From positions 8,618,001 to 8,682,000 of the forward strand of contig CM102283.1 of assembly GCA_046563655.1 (NCBI GenBank): a DNA stretch of 64,000 bases, written 5' to 3'. Below the pieces are notes generated by a model. The model made no database searches. It was not told the origin of the DNA and worked only from the letters and a program-made list of their open reading frames with translations. This stretch comes from Yuukianura sp. NJ FZ-2021 (taxonomy: Eukaryota). Both the position numbers and the translations under genes were made by a program. How positions within the stretch are numbered: position 1 is the stretch's first letter; every line of letters starts with the position of its first letter. Below, one piece after another: positions 1 to 11,300 of this stretch.

Positions 1-1034
1 AGTTTTCAAATTTTCATTAAGAAGCCCTTTTTAACTTCTGTTCTGAACTTCCTCGAGCTTTTTACATTTAAATTCTTCAAAGAAAGTTAAAAAACGAGAC
101 ATAACTTGACTTTTTAAGAAAAAAGAAAGCCAAAAGTAGAACATCGCCGCTGTCGTGAGTTGAATGAGAAAAAGAAAATTGAGTTCAACTTGATAAGGAA
201 TTTGAAAAATGCTCAATTTTAAATTTCATTATGCTTTGTTGTATCTTCCAAACAAATTTATTCCAAAATCCCAAAAACTGGGCAAATCCAAAACAGCTCA
301 AATTTTTTGAATATTCGACACTTTTTGGAACTTTTGAGCTGAACGAAGGTTGCTTAGCAGCCTAGATTTTGCAATGGTATATCAGATTTCAAAAGAAGAA
401 GATTTCCCAACCTTTTTTTGAAATTCTGGATTTCGAAATTTCTTGAAAAAGACGCATTGACTCCAGGAAGTTGAATTCAGGTGTCGTAAAAAGATTTGTA
501 AGGAAAGAGTGGACGGAAGTGTCGCCACTTTATTTCTTCCACTTCGTTTCTTCCTGGAGACATTGATGTCTACGGTTGAACAACTTGGAGAAAAAGTACA
601 GTGTGAATGCCACTAAAAAACCGGGAAAAAGCCAGGGGTGAGAAAACTACCGGTGAACATTCAAAAAAAAGCGGTGAAAGTAGAGTAGGCTAAAGGCAGG
701 AGAAAGACTATTAGGAAGAGAGATGCTATCACAAATCACAAAGGGAGGCACAAAGTTATGGAACGACCCTCCCGTGACCGTTACCCACCAACCCCCCCCC
801 CACCCATCACATACACATAGACCCCCCCATTCCTCCTGTTACCCGGTTTTTTATTACCCGCTTCCCCACTTCCGTCATTTTCTAGAGCAGTAGGTCTCCC
901 GGATCACCAAAAACTTTTGCAAATTTTAGTCAAAAATTTTCAAAGTAGGGTTATGCGTTTTTTAAACTTTTGAGAAATAAAGTAAAAGTTGAAAATGTTG
1001 AAAATTTTTAAGTTTCCCGCTTTTTTTTTTGCAG

Positions 1035-1491
1035 AACGCCATTGGCATACTTGGCTTCCTGTCATCGTTTCCGAGAGGAATTTACTTCCCTGTTCTTTGG
1101 AAGTGTCCCCAGAAGACTTTTTCAGAAGATTTCAACTGACAAGAAAGTGGCCTGTGGGCCCAAGAGTCACTTGATCATGCGCAGTGATGGGAAGAATATG
1201 AGACACAAAGTGGTTGCTAGGCGACCATCCACTCCAAGGACACTGACCTCTACGACATCTTCTTCGACGTCGTCCACTGCAGCTACTGCCACAGTGTCAG
1301 TCGTCCCTTGTCCAAAACCGGTACGACCACACCATCTACCGGCGGCAACTCAAAGTCGCTCCCCAGACCAGTTCATGTACCGGTTTTTGCAAAGGAAGCA
1401 AACGGGGTCACCGGCAGGTCACGTAGCGACCTACTTCAAACATCATCATCAGTCTGAGTCATCCAATCCTAGTCCCGTAGATTTCATTTAA
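1035..1491 (+). CDS. Probable 3' terminal coding exon of a gene starting upstream; possibly a GPCR C-terminal tail
   Basis: Strong acceptor (T)10GCAG ending at 1034. Open frame TPLAYLASCHRFREEF...PVDFI* resembles a TM7 PxxY plus helix-8 FRxxF, followed by a Ser/Thr-rich tail and an AT-rich 3'UTR-like stretch. Confidence 0.4.
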
Positions 1492-2736
1492 ACTTTTCTA
1501 AAAAAATCAAAATTCAAAAAAATGTAAAAGTGAAAGCAAGAATTGTATGGACTGATCTCACCCTGAGTGGTGCTTTAGAAATTGTAAGAGAAAGGCAATA
1601 ATTTGCAATTTGCAAATTGCAAAAATGGCAAATTACTCAAATTTTAAAAAGTTACAGTTTGTCGTTTGCCAATGTAAATCAAAAAGTTATTGTTTGTGGT
1701 TGTGCACATAATTTTGTAAATAAATTGTATTCCATAACTTATTAAAATGTAATTTATCATTTCCAATCCATTTTCAATATTTCTCACCCTAAATAGTACA
1801 TAGTTGTGCATGTAATAATGTCAATGGTCAAATTGAAATATTTAAATATCTTTGTACATATTTATTAATTTTAGTTTAGTTTTAATTCAAAATTCACTCG
1901 AATCGTATAATGGAGTCAAAATTTCTCAAAATTCTTTATGCTCCAATCACTTTATTCATAAACCTGATGAAGGCCTAACTCTAATACTCTGATTAATGTG
2001 TAAAATTATGCAATTTTGCAAACAAGTGGCACAACTTACGGTGCCAATGGCTTGGTGCCAAAAAAACAGTTAACCATAAGTTAAATTTAGACGACTTTAA
2101 TTCATAGCACAAACTAAATTTTAAACTACGTTAGTTCTATTAGTTTGTCAGTGAAATTGAAAATTTCAAAAACAAAAAAAACTTTCTTGTCAGAAATAAA
2201 TGGTCTTGAACAAAACAAAATTTTTCAAGAAAAGAGCAATTGTTGCATTGAAAACTAATTAGAAGTTGGCAAAAGCTGCTTTTGAAAAATTTAATGTAAA
2301 AAATGTAACCGACAAAAATGAGCACAAATTAGACGTTTTGTAAAATCACAAAAGATGCGCTTCTCGGAAAAGGAAATACATGAATGTACTTTTAGAGTGT
2401 ATTTTTTGTGCGTGTATTTTGTGTGTCTGGACATACACGGGTGTGTCTTTTGGTCATTCCAACGTTCTTTGAAGATTCTATTGTTCTTTTTTGAAGAAGG
2501 ACAATGGAATTTTGTAGGGAGTGAATTATGCCCTCAAGAACAAGAATCTCCGCAGGTAAGGCAGAATTCAGTTGGGATTTGGCTCTTCAAGGTCTTTCTA
2601 TTTAACACTTTAACATAGAAACACACAAGAAGTGGCTTCGGCATAATGAAAACTTTTGTATTTTCAAAAATTCTCTTGATTTCACAAAACTTCCTTAATT
2701 AAAAGTGTCAAAGAGCTAAAATACTGTTAGATTAAA

Positions 2737-4358
2737 ATGGTTTTGCTTAGACTTTTGTGTTCGTTTGTGATTTTTTGGTGTTCATCGGTCAGTGCCGGAA
2801 CGCCGAGCGGTTTATACCAAGATGACGGTGATGGACATACCATCTTGGCTCAAAAATTTACGAAAAGAGACGTTAGGGAGATGTCATTTGACCTGTTGAG
2901 TTTAATGGGATTCGAACAGAGACCGAGGCCACATCTCGTGGAAAGTCGCTCTCCAGCGTCACAGTTTCTGTTTGAAGTGTATGAATCGCTGGCAGAAGGA
3001 GAGGAGCTGATTGGTCTATCCAGAAACAGCGCCGTTAGTCCAATGAATCTGTCTTATTCTAGATTCAATCTCGATTTGGAAGAAATCAAAGCCATTGGAA
3101 AAGCAGATGCTATCGTCAGTTTTCTAAACAAAGGTAACTTCCAATAACTGCAGGAATTATCTAAATGAAAGTAATTATTTAATAATAATAATTAATATAT
3201 ATTTTATGTGGTGTCTTAGGACATCGATATGCATCTCTTCTCAAAGGAGTTGAAGATGAAAAGGCGTTTTGGTTTGACGTGAGCGAACTTTCAGTAGACG
3301 AAACTGTTCTAGGAGCAGAATTGAGAATTTGGAAAAAAGATTTGGGCCCGAAAGCTGCTGGAGACGCTTTTCGAATTTCGGTTTCCGCCATTTTGAAAAA
3401 TCAAGATGGGTAAGTTTCAAAAAACTTGTCAAAATGGCACTGGAATTTAAATGGAAGCTGTGCACAACTCTAAATTGGAAACACGCAGTGGTCTAAAATT
3501 TTAAATTTGTTGTACAGGACATATGCACCGCACGAACTGGACGAAACTGTTGCGACTGCGTGGGAAGAAGGCTGGTTACGCTTGAACGTGACAGAATGTT
3601 TCCGGAAATGGATCCATGACCCCTCATCTAACTTTGGTTTGGTCCTGTCTACGAAGAGAGCTGACAATGGTAAAATTTTGAAATTTTAGGCGCTGAAATT
3701 CAAATTTTGAAGAAATTTTGAAAATTTGTGCAATATAGGTGAGGAAGTGATGATGAAAGCCAGTGGACTGGCGACTGTTTCTGACGTTGAAGAGTATCAG
3801 CCGTTCCTCGTCAGTTTTTTGGTTGGTCACGGTAAAACACGACCGAAAGTTGAACGTCCTCCAAAGCGCCGACGCGTTAGAGTTGCCCGGGAGACGGAAG
3901 GGGGTCGTCGTCGGGGGAGGAAAAGTCGTAAACGCAATGACTTTGAAGACTTGTTTGATCGTCCGAGAAGTTGTCAAATGGGAATGCTGTATGTTAACTT
4001 TGAGGATTTGGGCTGGAAGGACTGGGTCATTGCCCCGGATGGGTTCATCGCTTACTACTGCACTGGAGAATGCTCGTTTCCACTTACAGCAGCTATGGTT
4101 AAAAAAAATTAAGCTCAAAATTTGAATTTTAAGTTTGAATTCTAGAAATTTGACACGGAATTTTTTGGTTTTCAGAATGCAACTAATCATGCCATTGTCT
4201 CTACTTTGGTTCACACTTACTACCCGCAAGAATTCCCGAAACCAGCCTGCGCTCCATTAAAACTCGGTTCAATTTCGATGCTTTACTACGACGACAACTC
4301 GAACGTCACAGTGAAAAAATACAAAGACATGGTCATCAAGTCATGCGGTTGCAAATAA
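2737..4358 (+). CDS. TGF-beta family ligand, BMP5-8/60A (gbb-like) class, 5 exons
   Basis: Exons 2737-3133, 3220-3409, 3518-3669, 3739-4097, 4176-4358, all phase-consistent GT-AG. Signal peptide; prodomain motifs ([27 protein letters not shown]); polybasic furin sites ([10 protein letters not shown]); mature domain [53 protein letters not shown]...CGC. Confidence 0.93.
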
Positions 4359-4656
4359 TTGGTTTAACAATCAGCTTTTGCTTACTTTATCCTAACCAGC
4401 CAAAATTCAAGACTGTAACTGTGTAAAGAAAGAGGCTACACTCATTAAAATTTTCAGAAAGAAAAACTCTCATTTCAAAAAAGTTCAGAAAAGTTGAAAT
4501 TTTAGTGGAAAACTTCGAATCCCGCTCCCTCTACTTTCACTTTTCAACATTCTAACCCTCTCCCCTGTTTTCAGAAATTTCTGTTCCAAAGCGTAGTGTG
4601 TCTCTCGTGTAGCAAACTTTCACTTTAAACTTTTCCCACCAAAAACCAAAATTTGT

Positions 4657-4863
4657 TCAGAGTTGGGCATCACACCCACTTTAGCCACAAACCAGTGTTC
4701 GGCATTCATTTTTTCAGCGCTGGGTAAAATATTTTTTCCACAGTTGGGCATCATCCACTTTAGCCAAACTTTTTCAGCGTTGGGCAGAAAATTTTCTTCA
4801 GAGTTGGGCATCAACCATTTTAGCCAAAACTTTTTCAGCGTTGGGCAAAAAATTTTCTCCAGA
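4657..4863. repeat. ~60-bp minisatellite, ~3 copies
   Basis: Units start with (A/C/G)AGTTGGGCATCA at ~4660, 4741 and 4801; each contains TTTAGCCA and TTTTTCAGCG(T/C)TGGG. Confidence 0.8.
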
Positions 4864-7800
4864 GAATCTTGTCTAAAAAGCGAAGAAGGGCGACAGTCTG
4901 GTTCTTTTGTTCTTTCGGTTTCGGGTGGTTGGTTTTATTCTTTGTGAGTGTCTGGAGAGAAAGTTCGCCTGGAGTCTCTTCTTAATTTCGTTTAATTGAG
5001 GGCATTAGAGGGAGATTTTAATGTTGAGGGGAACTAATCCTCCTTTTGTTAATCTCCGACTCCTTCTGTGCGTGATTTTTCATCCAAAGCGTCTTCTTTT
5101 ACCCTCTCCTCCAAAAGAATCCCAGGAAAATCCCTCCGAACGGCCTCTGAATCCCAACCACCACTTAATTACTCCCGAATAATTAACCAACCAACTACCA
5201 GAACCTTCCTACTCCGTCTTAATATGAACAAGATGAAGGAGAAAATCTTTGGGAGAAGATGAAGGGAGGACAAAGTTCACGTTCTTCCTCCAGAAAAATG
5301 GCCTGGAGATGAGGGCATTTGAGGTCTTAGACTTAGACTTGATTGTGTTTGTCCTGTTTGTGGAAGGAGCTTTGAGCTGTAACTTTGGTGGTCTTAATTT
5401 CTGTAGAATTGGGAGATTTGACAAGAGGGAGTCTATAAAAAGAGAAAGTAAATCATGTTGGAATTGGAGGGAGAGACAAGACGGAGGGTTTTGGAATTTG
5501 TGTACACCGTGGGTACGATAAATCAAGATCTAAAAACCCAACAAAAACTTTTCCGTCTATCGCAACAGAAACACTAAACTGCTCCAAGGACTTTCTCTTT
5601 TCTGGACTGACCAGACAGGAATTTCAGCTTTCACTTCATATTTTGAAAAAAAGGCCAAAAATTTCTGCTTTTTGGTTTGTAGATTTGATTAGGCAAGGGA
5701 GAAAATGAATGCTGGATGGTCGTTGATGCTTTCTTTGACTTTCTCTTTTGAAATTAAGCGAGAGTATCTCCGCGGATTCCACAAAGGTTAGTCTTTGGAG
5801 TGTCATCTAGAAAGTCCATTTCAGTAATTACTGGGCTCTTGTCCTCGTCAAATGATTTGGAAACAAATTTTTTCTTTCATTTTGACCACTAAAGCAAAGG
5901 TCACCAAAGGTCAATCAATACTCACAAAATTCTACTCGCTAAATAACTCAAATGTTTTGAAAAAATGTAAGTATAGGGTGAGAGGGTGCAAGAAGAGATT
6001 TTTTTCCTTCAACCTTGGCACTAGTGACTCGCTTTCTCCTACTTTCACTCTTTTTATGCATGAAGTAGCATAGTTACTCCCTTCATTTTTTGTGAAAAGG
6101 CATAGTTACTCCTTCCATTTTTTGAGAGATTCGTAAAACTCATTTGGCTCGTGGATAATTATGATTAAAATGGTGTTTAGGAATAATTCTTTCCAACTGA
6201 GTTGCTCCTTCTACTAAGGTTTTTTCTGAACATTAAGTTCTAATCCCCGGGAACAGGGGGGCTATGTGGAGTAATGGAGAGAAAGCAGTCAAGAGCTCAG
6301 ATGAACGTTACAACTTTCTCATTTTTTTAAGAGAGGGAACAAGACTTATCTCGATAAAATATGAGACTCACTTATGAATCTTATTAAGATATCATTTTTC
6401 CACTTTCTCTCAACCAACTGTCGTAGCCAACAACACAAAAAAAATCCAATCCAAAAAAATTTTAGAAGGAAATTTTTATTTTGTAAATTTCATAATTTGC
6501 GACCCCAAACTTGTAAAATTGTGAAATCAAAATTTCAATTTTTTCCCCGTCAAATCTTGAGAAGATGTCAAAGATTGGTGGAACGCCAGAGTAACTGAGA
6601 ATGTAATGATAGTACAAAAAGTGATTTTTTTTTGAAAATTTTACAAGGAAGCTACGACATGCAAGATTTGATTTTCCCACCTCCTTAGCTTTTCCTTATT
6701 TTTTTTTCTTCTACAAAGATGAAGACGTTTAAGAAGAGAAAAGAGGCGGAGAAAGTGTGGGATGAGGCCTAAGGTGGCATCATGAACAATTTTTTCCCGC
6801 GCTTTTTTGGCTTGGTTTGTCCTTCACCGTCTTAAGTCGTGAAGGCGAGTGGCATTTGGAAAGATAAAGTCAAATCATACCCAAAATTATTACTTGGAAA
6901 TGTTCATGAAAATGAGTCCAACCCCAAACCTAAGATGAACAAACTTACCACGAGATAATGTGCCAAGGGTTTACTTTCTCCAGCACTTTTTTCTCTCACT
7001 TTCTCTCTTTTTTTAAAAAGTCTCATCTCCTTTCCCGCCTTTCGTTTAATGGACAGAAATCCTAATTGAATTGCTATGCTCAGCTACTAAATCTTCCTTA
7101 TCGAGTCATGGCCCTTCAAACAACGACTTTTTAAGAAAGCCCGCTCACTTTTCCCGCCTCCAACGTCCACCTTATCCCTTAATAACTTTCCATTTTTTCA
7201 GTTTTTCTCATTTTTTCGTTTTTTTTTCAAACTTCGCTCCATACAAAGTACAAAATCATACACGTTTTGCCAAAAAAAAAGAGAAAGCAGCTTTGCTTTC
7301 TCCATCGCTCACTAGAGCATCAGTTTTCAAAAAAAAATCGAAAAAAACGGGATTTTTTTTTGAACAGCACGAGTTTAATTGGCTGAACCTTTTTGAATTC
7401 TAGCGATTCCGCGCCTTTGGCGCGCTATGCAGCCTGGAGCTAAAGATTAAGCTATTGTAGAAGCCCTACTACGTTGAAAGACATTCGTTCTTTTTCTAAA
7501 AAGGATGAATTTTAATATAAAAGGAAAAAGAGTTAAGGAGAGGGCAAATTCAAAAATGAAAAGAAGAGGGAAAATTTGAAATCCGCTTAGGATCTCCATT
7601 TGAACTCTCTTTTCTACTCTTATTTGTCTCTGATTCCTTCGTCCTAATCTGCAACTCCAAACTATTAGCCTTCCTGTTCCTCTCCCTTCCAGAACTTTTT
7701 GGATGTTGATGTCAAGGAAGATCTTTAAGACGGTCTTTTCTAAAACCAAATTGGACTTTCCATAGGAACAGAAACCTAACCAAAATCCGGCACAAAATGG

Positions 7801-8368
7801 TAGTACTTTTCGTTTCAAAATTTTATTTTTTATTTTCAACAAACGACTCAATTTACATCGTATTACTTCAGAATCAGAAGGTCGGGCATCATCCGAATTC
7901 GGTGAAAGTCGAATTCAGTGAAAGTCCTAACCATGATTTAACAAATCAATTTTTTTGAAAAGTTCAAGAGCTTAAAGAAAAAAACGAAAAAGTTAAAGCT
8001 CACGTTATAAAGCTCAAGTAATAACCTAACCCCTACTTTTTCTAACCCCCTTTACATGATTGTAAATACGACATTTTTCCTAAACAGTAAAATTGCACAC
8101 AAGAATTTCATCAACAACGTTTCTTTCGAAACTAGTAACTTAAACTTCCTGTTTAAAAAAAAACACTAAAAAATATTTTTTTAAATAAATACAAGTTTAG
8201 TCGCTCCTGTTAATTTTTTAACAAAATTTTTGGTTTCAAAATTTTTTAAATTTGATATCTATGAAACTCAAGTTCTTTAAGATTGATTATGTTATGTTAA
8301 GTGAAAAACAAACGGTGAATATTTTTTGAAAACTGAAAGGTCAAAGGTCAACTTAAATTTCTAAGATT

Positions 8369-11300
8369 CTAGATAGCCATTTTGAGTCTTTTGGACTTTG
8401 CTCGTCTGTTTTTGAACCAAAATTGGACATTTTTGGGTTCTAATTTTGGAAATTTTTGTCTGTAGGGCATTCTATTGAGCTCTTCAGTGTATTTTAGAAT
8501 TAGTGCATGTGAAGGGTGGGTGTTTAGAGAAAACCAAGCTTCTAGTCGTGGAACTTCACTCACAGGGTCAATGAACGTTCGATTTCGCTTTCTCCTTTCA
8601 TCCAACGATGACCCCGTGACCTCTTCCTGTCTTTTGGCCAAAAGTGTTGAAATAAGTTCTTCTGATCCAGAATTTTGCTGCAGAGCGGGAAAAAGATCTT
8701 GGCGATGAGAGTAACCAGCAGAGTGAAAGTCAAAGGAAAGTCGTTTGTGGGCCGAGGGGGGTTCAAGGGCCTGGTGAGTAGCAAAGGGAAAGGCGTTGAG
8801 ATGATGACTGTAGGCCATGAAAGAGTGGTGGTCAATGATTGGTGGAAAGCGGGTGAGGATTTGGTGGTGGTGGGTAGCGTGGGAAAATTCAAAATTTTGG
8901 CGGGGAGAGAGCGGGGGTGAACTGCGGGGTGAAAGTGCAGAGCAACTGGAATCGTCATCCCCCACAGACAACTCGGCTTCTTCTTGCTCCACTTTTGGTT
9001 TTTGCATTTCCAGGCTTAAGTTTCTGGGTTCACTTTCACCTGAAATGCAAAAATTTCAATTTTTCGAAATTTTTGAGAAAGTGAAAGTTTTTACCTTCAT
9101 GAACTTCTACATCGACTGAAGTAGAATCGTCTTCTTCTTCCTTGATTTTGATTGGTGGATTTCCTTCTTTAGTGGAACTGGTACTAGGTGAAATGTTTTC
9201 GTCTTGAGAATCTCCTTGTCCGTTATGATTCAACCTGTGTGAGTTGTTATTCGGATCACCTTGGCCATTTGATTGTCTTGGTGGGGTGGGGAGTGAAAAT
9301 TGTGGGTGGGGAGAAAGTCCATTATAGCGCAACTCGTTTCGTTTTTGAGCTGCGCGGGCATTTTTGAACCAGTAGATTACGTTGTTGATGTCCAGAGGTT
9401 TGCGGTCTTTGCGACATTCCAGGGCGTTCAACTCTCTAACATAATGCTGGATCTACAAAACCAAAAAAAATTGAAAAAAAAATTTTTTTTTTGAAATTTT
9501 GAAAATTTTGACTTTCACCTGATGCCTCGACGGATGTGGATTTTCGGCAAACCAGTCTTGGAGTCTGGGCAGCTCCATTTCGGGATCAAACGAGGTGCGC
9601 ATGCGCGTTTTCTGGTGCGGTGAGATTCCTTGGTACACTGGATGATTTTCCGGATCAGATCCAGCAGTGGACTTGTGATGCTGATGCTGATGCTGGTGCA
9701 TATGAGAGATAGTAGTGGGAATACTGGGGGGTTGGTCAGAGGTCATTGACCCTCTGAAGCGAGGTCATTGACCCTTGACCTCCCTGATTCTCTTGAGAGA
9801 GTGAATTCAACAAGGAAGTTAGTGTATGCGTGTGTTGAGCGGAGTACCACAAGTCGAATCTTCTCCTGAGCTCTTCCGCTCCACTCCCTCCCTCTTTGCA
9901 TGTCACCTGGAAATAAGTTTTTCCAAAAATAAATCCCGCCAGTTTTTGAAAATCTTTTGAAAATGGATCTTGTGAAGAAGAAGGAATTAAAAGTGGAGTG
10001 TTTGGGATGATAATGAGGAGTCTTTTGAAGAGATTAAGAATTAAAAATCCTCCTTCCGTCATCCTCTCCTTGCGTCTTCAGTCTATTCAGAGGGAGATTT
10101 TGAAAAGTGGGGGTACAAGAATAGTCTAACTTTGGAATTTGTCTCAACGTGTTGTTCTGAACAGACTCACCTGAGCCGCCATCTTCTCAGGGGAGGATTA
10201 AAAGAGCGGGAAAACAGGATGTTTTTGAAATTCTTTTGAGAAAGAAAGTAGTATTTATCGGAGCGAAAGTTTCAACTCATCCTGTTCTTTCGGGTTTGAT
10301 TTGGGGTGACGCAAGTTCATTTTTAGACAAAGATTTTGAATTTACGGGAGATCGAATTTGAATTTACGGAAGATTAAATTAGAATTTTAAAGTTTTCAAA
10401 AAAGTTGAAAAAATTTACCTGTCCGAGCGACGGTGCTGTTCCGGAAGATTGAGCTAGCAGCAGACGCAAAAGCTTTTCCTTGAGATCTTCTGGAGCTGGT
10501 GGACATTTTGTTCTGTTCAAACAAAAACAAAGTAAAATTTTCAAAATTTAGAAAAACTTTTTTTTTAAATTTCAAAATTCAAAACACATTGTTGTTCTGT
10601 AATGACCTGGTTATGAGAATCGTTAGAGTTGCATGATTGGTCAGATCGTGAAGGATGTCACCCACTGTGTTCTGTGTTGAATCGGAAACTTGATCTAGTC
10701 TTAGCGGTTTCCAGTTTCTAAGTGAAATCCAACCTAAAATTGCAAAAAATCAAGAATTTTTTTTAAAAAAGACGCAAATTTTTGAAATTTTGTATTTTCC
10801 TTTTACCTTCTGCTTGTGGAAGTGTTTCTTTGGAGTGACCTAGAAGTGACAATGCCGTTGGCAAGAGGTCATTGAATGGCGTAGCGGCGGGAACAATAAG
10901 GTAGTCGTCAATGTCCGCAACAAGGTTGTTGCTTTCACTTGACCCGCCTTGAGCTGAATTTGAATTTTGAGTTTCTCCCGCCACCGGACTTTCTCTCGTT
11001 TTGAGCAGACAGTGCACCGGAATAGCTGCTTTCCCTCCTACAAAGAAAACAGGCAAGGAATGCCTCAATTGAAACTGGTTTAGATTAAGATAAGAAGTTC
11101 ATTAGGATAGTTTTGGGAGATAAGTTGGGATAGTTGCGATAAGGAGCCACCAGGAGGTGACACTTTTCCAATTGGCAACTGTTGATTCACCATACCAAGA
11201 GAGGCCATTTCCTTTAGTTCTTTTCAAATAAGAGAGAGGATCGCAGTTTCAAATCTGGCTGTTCCCAAACCGTCCATCAAAGGAACTGAACTTAACTTAG

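Noticed and set aside
3624-4229. 201-aa antisense ORF over BMP exon 4 (and similar shadow ORFs over dve, the sphingomyelinases and ZC3H14, e.g. 55229-55882)
   Set aside because: These are antisense or alternate-frame shadows of real exons, with no motifs or independent gene structure.
4657-4863. CRISPR-like repeat/spacer appearance
   Set aside because: The intervening segments are themselves similar, there are no cas genes, and the context is eukaryotic; it is a minisatellite.
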